Source: a virus | Direction: 5' to 3' (one strand) | IMG/VR virus record: IMGVR_UViG_3300005293_000039 | Location: 10,541-74,540 of that record | Length of the DNA: 64,000 nucleotides | Shown here: in pieces, positions 1-8,121 of the stretch | Layout of the letters: each line of letters opens with the position of its first letter | Numbering within the stretch: the stretch's first letter is position 1 | Position numbers and translations under genes: made by a program | The notes under the pieces: model-generated | What the model was told of the DNA's origin: nothing | Databases searched by the model: none | What the model saw: only the letters and a program-made list of their open reading frames with translations

Positions 1-119
1 AAGCTCCACGGGCCGTTTTCACCTTCGCCGGATTTGAAGGCAAAGACTTTCTCGATCGTCACCGTTACATCAGGCGGCGTGAATCCTTCGGGCATCTTCA
101 ACACTTCTGCTAGATCCAT
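1..119 (-). CDS. OB-fold ssDNA-binding-like protein, 5' part only (runs off window)
   Basis: Own translation MDLAEVLKMPEGFTPPDVTVTIEKVFAFKSGEGENGPWS; follows exonuclease. Confidence 0.45.
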   Translation of the reverse strand, partial: MDLAEVLKMPEGFTPPDVTVTIEKVFAFKSGEGENGPWS

Positions 120-1089
120 TTTCTTGCTCCTTCAATTGTTTGTACTGATCGCACCACGGTGCCGCGAGACAGTAGCTTTCGCAACGCTTATTCACTCCCG
201 GCCTGAATTGAATCTCATGATTTTTTACGTCGAAGATTTCTATGTGCGCTTGCGCCTCGGCCTCGGTAGCAAACAGTTTTGCCGCTTTCTTGTTTCCTTT
301 TTTCGTGAGCGCATAAACGTCATCGGCCTTCCATCTTTCTTCATCCGTACATAAAGGAAGTGTCTTCTTCGCGCCCTCAAACTCAGCAATCCGAGCCGCA
401 ATGAACGCCTCTGTTTCGCTAGTCGGCCATACCGGAATCTCAAACTTCGCGACTTGATGCGGTGGATACTTCTCTGTCGATCCGACTAATGATTTTTTCC
501 AATCGCGATAGAGCGCGATGTTCACGATCTCTTTGACTGAATAACCATTCTCCTCGAGTAGTAGGCGGTTGATGTTCCCCTGTGCGGCCCACTCCGGTTT
601 CAATGACAGGTAAGACACGTACACAGATTTCTCTTTCCAGTCGTAAAGAATCCCGAGTCGCTTGTCGTAAAGATCAATTTGCCCACCAATCGTTTTACGA
701 AAGCGCTTGATGTAGAACCTTTCTTCGGCGAGGTATTCGTACTGCTCACAAAATTCCGCCGCGCGCTCAAGTACGACATGCTTGGATTGTCCTGATAGCG
801 AATAGATCCGATCCGTAACGTCTTCAGTTATTTCCATCCAATGTCGACGTTTAAGTGCCCACTGCCGCGCGGGAGTTCCCGCCAATTGCGACGTTGTGTA
901 GTCGGAGCGGCCCGGCGAATACTTGTCGTTCATTACCGCTTGAACCAGAGGCTCAGGCAGGTTGTAAATATTCGTGATGCGCGGCTTACGGGTCGGCGGC
1001 TCAATACTTTCCGAAACAGAAGCGCCCCCCGCTTCCATTTCTTCGCCGTACTCGAATTGAGATTCGTATTCGCGTTTTGCGAAACTCAT
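70..1089 (-). CDS. PD-(D/E)XK (Cas4/RecB-like) phage exonuclease
   Basis: E..F...GQIDLYD...LYDWK motif, Q.N.. helix, C-terminal RCESYC..APWC. Confidence 0.8.
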   Translation of the reverse strand: MSFAKREYESQFEYGEEMEAGGASVSESIEPPTRKPRITNIYNLPEPLVQAVMNDKYSPGRSDYTTSQLAGTPARQWALKRRHWMEITEDVTDRIYSLSGQSKHVVLERAAEFCEQYEYLAEERFYIKRFRKTIGGQIDLYDKRLGILYDWKEKSVYVSYLSLKPEWAAQGNINRLLLEENGYSVKEIVNIALYRDWKKSLVGSTEKYPPHQVAKFEIPVWPTSETEAFIAARIAEFEGAKKTLPLCTDEERWKADDVYALTKKGNKKAAKLFATEAEAQAHIEIFDVKNHEIQFRPGVNKRCESYCLAAPWCDQYKQLKEQENGSSRSVEDARRIHAA

Positions 1090-1091
1090 TC

Positions 1092-1322
1092 CTAACCTCT
1101 TGCTGCTCTTTCTGCTTTTGCTGCTAGTACTTTTCCTAATAGTTCGTAATTCATATGCTCACCACGAAGAGTTGCCGGCCGTTCGGTCTCAGATAGTTCG
1201 CCTCGTAACAATGTGTCGGTGGCGCGTTCGCTATAGCGGAGAGCTTCACCAACATTGCGGCGCTCAGAAGCGAGCGACGCGAGTCGGAAATATTCAGCCG
1301 CAGTTTCAGTAGCGATGCTCAT
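1092..1322 (-). CDS. hypothetical protein
   Basis: ORF in tightly packed leftward operon. Confidence 0.55.
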   Translation of the reverse strand: MSIATETAAEYFRLASLASERRNVGEALRYSERATDTLLRGELSETERPATLRGEHMNYELLGKVLAAKAERAARG

Positions 1323-1471
1323 AAGTCCCCATCCTCGTCGTGCTCAAGTGCGCGGTGATTCTCGTAGCAGTAGGAGCAATACTCAATCCCATCATTGCAG
1401 TCGTCGCATTCCCTTACTCCCACGCGCGCGCCACATTCCCAGCACTCCTCAACGTTGAATTCCGCGCTCAT

Positions 1472-1681
1472 CTATTTAAACTCCGGTGGATCCGGTAACT
1501 GTTCGCGCCAACGAGCAACGATGTCCCTGCCGCACGGCTCGCAGTAGGCGAGATCGCTAAGACTAGCGACCTGAAATCCAAGATCGATCGATATGTAATG
1601 CGTGGCCGGTGCCGCACAGTCGGAGCACTCCAGCGGCTCAATCGGAATCAGGTCTACGCAGGATTTATCAAACTCAGCCAT
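1472..1681 (-). CDS. small zinc-finger protein
   Basis: CSDC...CEPC. Confidence 0.55.
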   Translation of the reverse strand: MAEFDKSCVDLIPIEPLECSDCAAPATHYISIDLGFQVASLSDLAYCEPCGRDIVARWREQLPDPPEFK

Positions 1682-1892
1682 TAGCGTTCCATCTCCACCT
1701 TAATCGTCCATCTCTCTGACTTAGATCGCAGATCATTTCTGAACCACAGTTGAGACACTTGATCGTTGCGCCCTCTTCATGAATTAATTCCTTCGCATCC
1801 TCTCTGCGGTAAAGTTCAAGCATTAAAGTGTTCTTACAGCACTGCTCCATACCTTGTTCGTTTACTCGATATGGAATGTTGAGTTGAGACAT
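1674..1892 (-). CDS. small zinc-ribbon protein
   Basis: MSQLNIPY start; CC...CLNC. Confidence 0.5.
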   Translation of the reverse strand: MSQLNIPYRVNEQGMEQCCKNTLMLELYRREDAKELIHEEGATIKCLNCGSEMICDLSQRDGRLRWRWNANG

Positions 1893-1896
1893 CGAG

Positions 1897-2661
1897 TTAC
1901 CCGCGATTGATTTCCTCACGGATCGAGGCACCGATTGTGTTAACACGATGTTGTTTGCAGATCTCCAGCACGCGTCTAACCTTGTCTAAATCCAATCGGC
2001 TGTCGTCATCGGTCCGCACGCGACGCTCCATGTCGATCCAGTAATCGCGACCGGCGCAACGGTGCTCAATAATGGCTAGTTGGCCCTCAACGTTGTCTGG
2101 CCCAAGCCCGCCTGCATAACCGCATGGAAAATCTACCTGCGGAGACGGCCACGTGCTCGGTAGGCGACCAGCACCGCCCGATGTGTCGTACAGCGCGGCG
2201 ACATCAAATTGCTTCGCTAGTGGCGCATAGATGAAGTGGTCGTTTACGCCATCCCACTGAAAAATAAATTGTCGTTGCGGAAGCGTCAGCGAAGAAAGAT
2301 TGCTTAGTAGGCCAAGCGTCGAGACGTGTTCTTCGGCGTGCGTGTTTATCTGAATGCGCTGTGAGATGGAAATTACTGAAGGCAGTTCGGACCAATCAAG
2401 CGCGCCAACAAATAGACAGCGCACCCATCGCCCGCATACGTGCGTCGAGAGATTTAACGGATTCAATTCTCGGACGCGGTAATTCGCCTGCTTGACCAGA
2501 GCATCAATCCATTTCCGCGAAGGGAACCGATAGTGCCCCTCTGATTTAGCAGAAACCAAAATGCCCCACTCAACAAAGGGAAACTCTTTTGAGAGCGACA
2601 AGAGATCGTCGATTGGCGTCGAATCGTCAGCTCCGGTAATTGTGACCTTCTCAAGTGACAT
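1897..2661 (-). CDS. TrpF (PRA isomerase)-like TIM-barrel protein
   Basis: DTSGGAG, GYAGGLGPDNV, WIDME motifs match the TrpF phosphate-binding end. Confidence 0.7.
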   Translation of the reverse strand: MSLEKVTITGADDSTPIDDLLSLSKEFPFVEWGILVSAKSEGHYRFPSRKWIDALVKQANYRVRELNPLNLSTHVCGRWVRCLFVGALDWSELPSVISISQRIQINTHAEEHVSTLGLLSNLSSLTLPQRQFIFQWDGVNDHFIYAPLAKQFDVAALYDTSGGAGRLPSTWPSPQVDFPCGYAGGLGPDNVEGQLAIIEHRCAGRDYWIDMERRVRTDDDSRLDLDKVRRVLEICKQHRVNTIGASIREEINRG

Positions 2662-2785
2662 AACTCTTTCTCTTTTTCTCTCCCCTCAGATAGAGACAAA
2701 CAAAACGTAAGTTATTGAAGCGGCTGCTTTGCTGTGAGTAGGGCTAAGCGTCCTCACCCCCGCCTAACCCTCCCCCACGTCTGGG

Positions 2786-3184
2786 CTACTCAATACGATC
2801 TGCGGCCTGTTGCCTAAGCAGCCATTCCAGCGTTCGAATGACTCTCGCGATCTTCATTTGAAACATTGGATTACCGTTTCTGGTTCTGACGGCCTCAGCG
2901 AAGATCTGTAACGCGTCCGATAGCGTTTCATCCCAGCTCGCACCCTTGATTAGTTCGCCCTCTTTCAACGCATAGAACCGGGCACGAAAATCCAGATAGA
3001 AAAGTTCTGCGCCTTCGGGATTCAGTCGATACGCTGCCTCTAAGAGCGCCACCATTCTTGAATAAGGATCTGAATCCGCTTCTGCCAGCCATTTGTAAAT
3101 TAGTGACTTGTCTCTGCCGACTTCGAGTGCTATCGCCTTTACGTGATCTCCAATTGCTTCGCGGGTTATCTCAATCGGTTGCAC
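2786..3184 (-). CDS. CII-like regulatory protein
   Basis: N-terminal HTH-like VKAIALEVGRDKSLIYKW; second gene of early operon. Confidence 0.55.
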   Translation of the reverse strand: MQPIEITREAIGDHVKAIALEVGRDKSLIYKWLAEADSDPYSRMVALLEAAYRLNPEGAELFYLDFRARFYALKEGELIKGASWDETLSDALQIFAEAVRTRNGNPMFQMKIARVIRTLEWLLRQQAADRIE

Positions 3185-3269
3185 GGTGATTCGAAAATTC
3201 AGCTCAAAGTTCTAATAGACAATTACGCATAGGGCATTTATCTTCGCTGAGCCGTACTTCCCCCGTAAC

Positions 3270-3470
3270 TCAAGCGGCGTTATCAACGCGCTCGAATTTT
3301 TTAGGAAACCTTTTTAGATAACGAGGTAAGCCGAGCTTGATGATTTGCTCAAGAGCCTGAGAGCGCGTGTGATCCCGGAGCTTGGCCTCATGGTCGATCT
3401 CACGCTGTAACTCCAAATCCGTTCGCGTCGAGATAATTACAGTCTCTTTGGTATTAGTGTCTTCACTCAT
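3270..3470 (-). CDS. ribbon-helix-helix regulator (Cro position)
   Basis: Start re-set to MSEDT; VIISTRTD-LELQREIDHEAK-HTRSQALEQII fits CopG/Arc RHH. Confidence 0.7.
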   Translation of the reverse strand: MSEDTNTKETVIISTRTDLELQREIDHEAKLRDHTRSQALEQIIKLGLPRYLKRFPKKFERVDNAA

Positions 3471-3473
3471 CGC

Positions 3474-3502
3474 GTATACATATATAGCGTATACGCGTAT
3501 AC
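3474..3502. promoter_or_regulatory. operator 1: GTATAC-atatatagc-GTATAC plus third GTATAC
   Basis: GTATAC at 3474, 3489, 3497; 19/21 identical to 4246-4266. Confidence 0.7.
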
Positions 3503-3584
3503 CGACGCAAGCGTCAAAGTGACCGAAGTGTGATTTATTTCCTAGCCACGAGTCGTCTACATGTATACAATGCGCCGTGCAGCC

Positions 3585-3878
3585 ATGCCGAGACCGAAGC
3601 CGAAGGGCCCGATAAAGACGTTTCAACTACGCTTAAGGGCTGATGAGTCAAAGCGTTGGTATGAGATTTTCGCTAAAGCCTTGGAGCGGAATCCTCGTAT
3701 TAACGAAACGGAAATTAATCGTCGCCTGCTTGGGCTCGATGTGGATATTGACGGAGCGGTCACGGAAAAGGACCGTATCTACTTTCAAGGCCAAACGCCC
3801 AATGCGGATATGCTAGGGCGAGCTAAATCCTCAAAGGCCCACTTGAAAGAAGTCTCTCCCCGTACCAAGCGGCAATAG
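3585..3878 (+). CDS. RHH-like repressor (CI position)
   Basis: MPRPKPKG..KTFQLRL beta-ribbon then two helices (NETEINRRLL); divergent from 3470 gene. Confidence 0.6.
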   Translation: MPRPKPKGPIKTFQLRLRADESKRWYEIFAKALERNPRINETEINRRLLGLDVDIDGAVTEKDRIYFQGQTPNADMLGRAKSSKAHLKEVSPRTKRQ

Positions 3879-3936
3879 CCCTCAGTAATTCAGCAGAAGA
3901 ACGAGCGGGACAATTTAGTCACGAGGATACCCTCCC

Positions 3937-4194
3937 ATGAAGAACACCGACAAAACCGGGGCTCTCCCAGGCCCCTATGTCGCCGCTTTAGATCTTAATG
4001 ATCTTCTAATAGACCATCCGGGTGCCAGTTTTATCTTTCAGCTTGGCAACGACATAGCGATAGTCGATCGGGCCGCAATTCCTGACGATGCCAGTATGGT
4101 AGTCGTTGAGAATGAAGGCCGGTTCATTGTCGATCTCTACCGCCACCAAAAGATCTTCGGCGTCATCACCTACCGGATCTACAGAACGCTTTAG
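3937..4194 (+). CDS. degenerate UmuD/S24-like protein lacking the catalytic dyad
   Basis: LDLNDLLIDHPGASF...DIAIVDRA...VVVENEGRFIV...IFGVITY follows UmuD; GDSM segment deleted, catalytic Lys absent. Confidence 0.7.
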   Translation: MKNTDKTGALPGPYVAALDLNDLLIDHPGASFIFQLGNDIAIVDRAAIPDDASMVVVENEGRFIVDLYRHQKIFGVITYRIYRTL

Positions 4195-4231
4195 CAGAGA
4201 ATCTTTCAAAGAAATTCCTCAGTCGGTCACT

Positions 4232-4260
4232 TTGACCCTTGTAGTGTATACAGATATAGT
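4232..4260 (+). promoter_or_regulatory. sigma70 promoter of rightward operon
   Basis: TTGACC-17 bp-TATAGT. Confidence 0.75.
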
Positions 4261-4266
4261 GTATAC
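4246..4266. promoter_or_regulatory. operator 2: GTATAC-agatatagt-GTATAC over the -10 box
   Basis: Near-identical to operator 1. Confidence 0.7.
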
Positions 4267-4297
4267 ATATATACGGTTGAGGTTAAAGGTACTGGGG

Positions 4298-4621
4298 ATG
4301 CGAACGGAGATTAAGAAGATGACAAAGAGGGAGACAAAGTATTTCAGTGGCGCGGTTGAATTAAAAGGTTCTTATCCGCTTTCTCGCGAAGTCGTTCGCG
4401 CCAAGTTTCCGACTGGGACGCTCAAGCGTTATGACAGTTTTAATCTCCTGGTCGGCACTGTGGACGGAAAATACTCCGAAAGTAACTTCCTGCCAGTAAC
4501 CCGGATCATCAACTACAACCGGCAAGGTTCGCGGCACAAATGCGATGGTCGCTGTCTGAACGCGAAGCGCGGCGATTGCGAGTGTTCTTGTGGCGGCGTG
4601 AATCACGGAGCGGGGAATTGA
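4298..4621 (+). CDS. Cys-rich phage protein
   Basis: C-terminal HKCDGRCLNA..CECSCGGVNHG; start placed after promoter. Confidence 0.65.
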   Translation: MRTEIKKMTKRETKYFSGAVELKGSYPLSREVVRAKFPTGTLKRYDSFNLLVGTVDGKYSESNFLPVTRIINYNRQGSRHKCDGRCLNAKRGDCECSCGGVNHGAGN

Positions 4622-4871
4622 TAAGAGCGAGGCTGAGCAGCGGGGAAATTATACCGCTGGAGAGGGATTGCGATTGTGTCATACACGAAGGCCCGCACTG
4701 GTTACACATGGACGACGTTGACAAGAGGCTCAACGCGCCGCTGCGAGAGCGGGCAATGCGGGGCGAGCCGCTGGCAATCAAGGCATACGCCGAGGCTGAG
4801 TTGCGCCGCTTGGGCGCGAAGCGGTTCGAGGTGGAGCGGCAAAACATTGACGAGATCTTAAGAGGTTAAAG

Positions 4872-5117
4872 ATGGACCACACAGATCAACTTCGAGACTT
4901 AGTGCAAGACGCCGATCACGCCGCGACTGACGCGGAGAGGTTTGCGGGAACAGCCGTTCAATACGCGAAAGACTCCAACTTCGCCATGTTCGAACAGACG
5001 ATCGATGCCGCGATAGCTATGGCTGAAAGTCTTCCGCATCAGCTCCGCGCCTTGAAGACGTTTATAGCGGCGCACCCGGAGATCATCGTGAAGGTTGAAC
5101 AGGTGGCGAGGTTTTGA
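4872..5117 (+). CDS. hypothetical protein
   Basis: GAGG RBS, in operon. Confidence 0.6.
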   Translation: MDHTDQLRDLVQDADHAATDAERFAGTAVQYAKDSNFAMFEQTIDAAIAMAESLPHQLRALKTFIAAHPEIIVKVEQVARF

Positions 5118-5135
5118 AAGTCGTAGGAGGCAACG

Positions 5136-5426
5136 ATGGCTAACACGGTAAAGAAGGTTTACTTAGGCGATAGCGTGTATGCGGCGCTTGAGGGCGACCG
5201 TGTTGTGCTTACCACTGAGAACGGCTTCGGCCCGTCAAATACGATCGTGCTTGAGCCGAAGGTTTTCGAGGCGCTGAACCGATACGTCGGGGCTCATTCG
5301 GTCACAGGGACGACTGTCGATCACGACGACAACCGCGAGCAGCAGCAAGCCGAGGCTCAATATCGCAACCATTTGCAGCGCCGTGGTATCACTGAAGCCG
5401 AACACGAACAAGAAATCGGCGGCTAG
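5136..5426 (+). CDS. conserved phage hypothetical protein
   Basis: YLGDSVY...LTTENG...IVLEP motif; AGGAGG RBS. Confidence 0.65.
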   Translation: MANTVKKVYLGDSVYAALEGDRVVLTTENGFGPSNTIVLEPKVFEALNRYVGAHSVTGTTVDHDDNREQQQAEAQYRNHLQRRGITEAEHEQEIGG

Positions 5427-5497
5427 ATGCGCAGGGCTGACTGCGGGGGGCGCCCGCTCTGTTAACGCAGCCCACGAAGTCAACAAGGGACAACCCA

Positions 5498-5662
5498 ATG
5501 CTAAATCTCACGACAGTTACACGGCCAAAGAAGCAGAAATTTAATCCTGAGTATCAGAGATTCAAAGAGTGGAAGTGGTTTTGTAAATCATGCGGCGTCG
5601 CTAAGACGAGTGCTGATACAGAAGCAGGACGCTGCACAAATTGCGGGAAGGGGACGCGATGA
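5498..5662 (+). CDS. small zinc-ribbon protein (not in ORF track)
   Basis: Own translation, 54 aa, CKSC...CTNC; ATGA overlap with next gene. Confidence 0.5.
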   Translation: MLNLTTVTRPKKQKFNPEYQRFKEWKWFCKSCGVAKTSADTEAGRCTNCGKGTR

Positions 5663-5997
5663 AGCCAGAAGAAACAACGGTGTGGAATTCAACAACAGAA
5701 GACGACGACGTGATTCGTTTCGTGCTGCGCCGTAAAGAATGGGACCGCCTGATCACGGCATTGGCGGGTAGTTGTACGCGGAACGCTGACGCGTGGGACG
5801 GTCTTGACGTGCTGCGCAACGCGCAGATCGACGTGCGGGCATCCGCAATGGTTAAGGCGCTAACTCAGATCGTCAAGTATGCGCAAGTTACCAAGCCCGA
5901 CAGAAATGACATGGAAATTATTCGCCACACCGCAGAGCGTGGACTAAAAGACGGAGCGCCGGAGGCGAAAGAGATCCAAGAAGCGGTAACAGCATGA
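5659..5997 (+). CDS. hypothetical protein
   Basis: ATGA overlaps at both ends. Confidence 0.6.
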   Translation: MKPEETTVWNSTTEDDDVIRFVLRRKEWDRLITALAGSCTRNADAWDGLDVLRNAQIDVRASAMVKALTQIVKYAQVTKPDRNDMEIIRHTAERGLKDGAPEAKEIQEAVTA

Positions 5998-6105
5998 CCA
6001 CCGAAACTCACCAAAGGTTAATCAACCACTTAGTAGTAATTCTTCTACTTCTAATAGCTCTCTTTTATCTAAAAGAGAATGTTTATCCAAAGTTACAGAA
6101 GGCTT

Positions 6106-6128
6106 TTGATTTGAATTCACAGATGGAG
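6106..6128 (+). repeat. 23-bp direct repeat, copy 1
   Basis: TTGATTTGAATTCAcaGATGGAG; 21/23 match to 7084-7106. Confidence 0.75.
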
Positions 6129-6136
6129 TTGCAGAA

Positions 6137-6583
6137 ATGAGCAGATTGAATATCGAGTTGCTGAAGAAGGTTCGCGAGAAGATCGCAACGACGCCAGAGG
6201 CTTACGATCAGGGCAACGAAGCCTACAACGACCAGCGCTCGCCATGCGGCACCGTCGCGTGTATTGGCGGCTGGGCCGACATTTTGTCAGCACCGAATAA
6301 GGCGGAACGCGATAGACGCATGCGAGGGTTTGTTGATCTGGACCGCGCCGCCGACGCACTTGGATTGAGCGGAGCTAGCTTCTGGAATGAATACGCGGGC
6401 GGTATTCAGACTGAGCGGGCCATCTTGTTTACCGGCGATCCTGATGAGAACTGGCCCGCGCCGTTCGCCGGGCAATACGTCAACGCTCTGGACTCTGACG
6501 CGTTCGACGGAAACAGGGCAATCGCGGCAGTTGCGGTCGCCTACCTCGATCACATTATTGCCAGCGGAAAGGTTTTGGAATAA
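6137..6583 (+). CDS. conserved phage hypothetical protein
   Basis: YDQ...CGTVACIGGWA motif. Confidence 0.7.
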   Translation: MSRLNIELLKKVREKIATTPEAYDQGNEAYNDQRSPCGTVACIGGWADILSAPNKAERDRRMRGFVDLDRAADALGLSGASFWNEYAGGIQTERAILFTGDPDENWPAPFAGQYVNALDSDAFDGNRAIAAVAVAYLDHIIASGKVLE

Positions 6584-7087
6584 ATGGCGCGACTAAGAGG
6601 CGAACAATTTACCGAGCAGAGATTTTGGAGCAAGGTGCGCAGGACGAACGCGTGCTGGGAGTGGGAGGGACATCGAAATCCCGCTGGCTACGGCGTCTTT
6701 TCAGTGGGCCAGAAGTTAATTCTCGCCCACAGGTTTCGATGGGAATTATCCAATGCCGCAATCGCAAGCGAACAACGCATCCTGCATAAATGTGACAACC
6801 CGGCTTGTGTTCGGATCGACCATTTATTTCTCGGAACGCAGGCGGATAACGTTGCTGACATGTCCGCCAAAGGACGAGACAGAAAGGCCGCAGGGGAGAG
6901 CCACGGCCGCTCTAAGTTAACAGACGCTCAAGTCCAACAGATCCGCGACTTATTAAACAAAGGAGATTTAAATGGCGTGGAAATAGGCCAAATCTTTGGC
7001 GTCAGCAAGTCCGTGGTGTCACTGGTACGCAACGGAAAGCGCGGCGGTCGTCCAAGCATTATCGAAACAGGCAAGGTACTTGATTGA
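6584..7087 (+). CDS. HNH endonuclease with C-terminal HTH
   Basis: RFWSKV, CWEWEG, AHR, LHKCDNPACV..HLFLGT..DN. Confidence 0.9.
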   Translation: MARLRGEQFTEQRFWSKVRRTNACWEWEGHRNPAGYGVFSVGQKLILAHRFRWELSNAAIASEQRILHKCDNPACVRIDHLFLGTQADNVADMSAKGRDRKAAGESHGRSKLTDAQVQQIRDLLNKGDLNGVEIGQIFGVSKSVVSLVRNGKRGGRPSIIETGKVLD

Positions 7088-7106
7088 TTTGAATTCAAGG
7101 ATGGAG
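7084..7106 (+). repeat. 23-bp direct repeat, copy 2
   Basis: TTGATTTGAATTCAagGATGGAG. Confidence 0.75.
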
Positions 7107-7120
7107 AACGGGAGCGCTAA

Positions 7121-7354
7121 ATGAACTGCAACTGCATAGAACGGATCAACAAGAAGCTGAAAGACGCCGGGCATAACTATCAGATTGCGCCGAGTTTAGT
7201 CTTCGATGAAAAGATGCAACTGGACACACTGCTTAGTGTCGCAACCGCGTGGGTAGGTGAACCGCCGCGCGGAAAGAAGCATAAATTACCGCCCGTGATG
7301 CTTTGTACATACTGCCCATTCTGCCGCAAGAAGGCGGCGGGAAATAAGAGGTAG
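7121..7354 (+). CDS. small zinc-binding protein
   Basis: CNC...YCPFC. Confidence 0.7.
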   Translation: MNCNCIERINKKLKDAGHNYQIAPSLVFDEKMQLDTLLSVATAWVGEPPRGKKHKLPPVMLCTYCPFCRKKAAGNKR

Positions 7355-7609
7355 CGCCGACGTCTGAAACTAAATCTTCTTAGTTGGTATGCGAAGCAAA
7401 TAGGAAAGGGACGAAATGAAATCCTTAGATGAAATTCACGACATGATCGCGACTGCGCAGCTGGGTGACGGAGATCGCGTGCTCGATATTTGCCAGGCAT
7501 TGCTGGAGCAGATCCGCGACCTTCGGCGAAGCGCCGATCACTTCGAGCAAGTCGAAGACACGCGGCAGTGGATACAGGGCAATCCGAGCTACTGAAAGAG
7601 ACTTCAACC

Positions 7610-7864
7610 ATGACGCACAAAGAAGCGATGACAAGTCCGCGCGGCGAGAATTGGGATGGTCTACGCGACTACGCGCCGGTGCCCGAATGCGATGGATTAT
7701 TGATCGATCCGAACACGTCCTACTCGTCTGACGTTTATTGGGAAGTCTTTACTTGCTCGAAATGCTTCGTGATCGTGTTCACCGTAGAAGGTTCCCGGCA
7801 CTGGTGGAATCACGAAGGCACTGGATCGCCCGAACGAATGGCGCGGATCGCAGCAATGCAATGA
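7610..7864 (+). CDS. hypothetical protein
   Basis: Operon ORF, ATGA overlap with next gene. Confidence 0.5.
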   Translation: MTHKEAMTSPRGENWDGLRDYAPVPECDGLLIDPNTSYSSDVYWEVFTCSKCFVIVFTVEGSRHWWNHEGTGSPERMARIAAMQ

Positions 7865-8121
7865 TGCACGGCCAGAAATCAGGTTTAGGAAAGGTTCAAA
7901 CAGTAATGGTGACTAAAGAAATAGAAAAAGAAGTGCGTAGCGTTGATGAGATTCAGGCAGAGATCGAAGAAACGGCATCCCGAATCCGCGAGCTTAACCG
8001 CGAGATAAAGCGGCTACGCGATGAGCGGGACGAGTTGTCTGAATTCCGCGGCGAGCTACAGGAAGAACTCTTAAAGGCCCTTGGCGAGCAGCTACGCTTG
8101 GCGAAGGAATCGGAATCATGA
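7861..8121 (+). CDS. coiled-coil protein
   Basis: E/R/L heptad pattern. Confidence 0.55.
   Translation: MMHGQKSGLGKVQTVMVTKEIEKEVRSVDEIQAEIEETASRIRELNREIKRLRDERDELSEFRGELQEELLKALGEQLRLAKESES

Noticed and set aside
70-1089. Cas4-like nuclease as evidence of CRISPR-Cas
   Set aside because: No repeat-spacer array or other cas genes; typical stand-alone phage exonuclease
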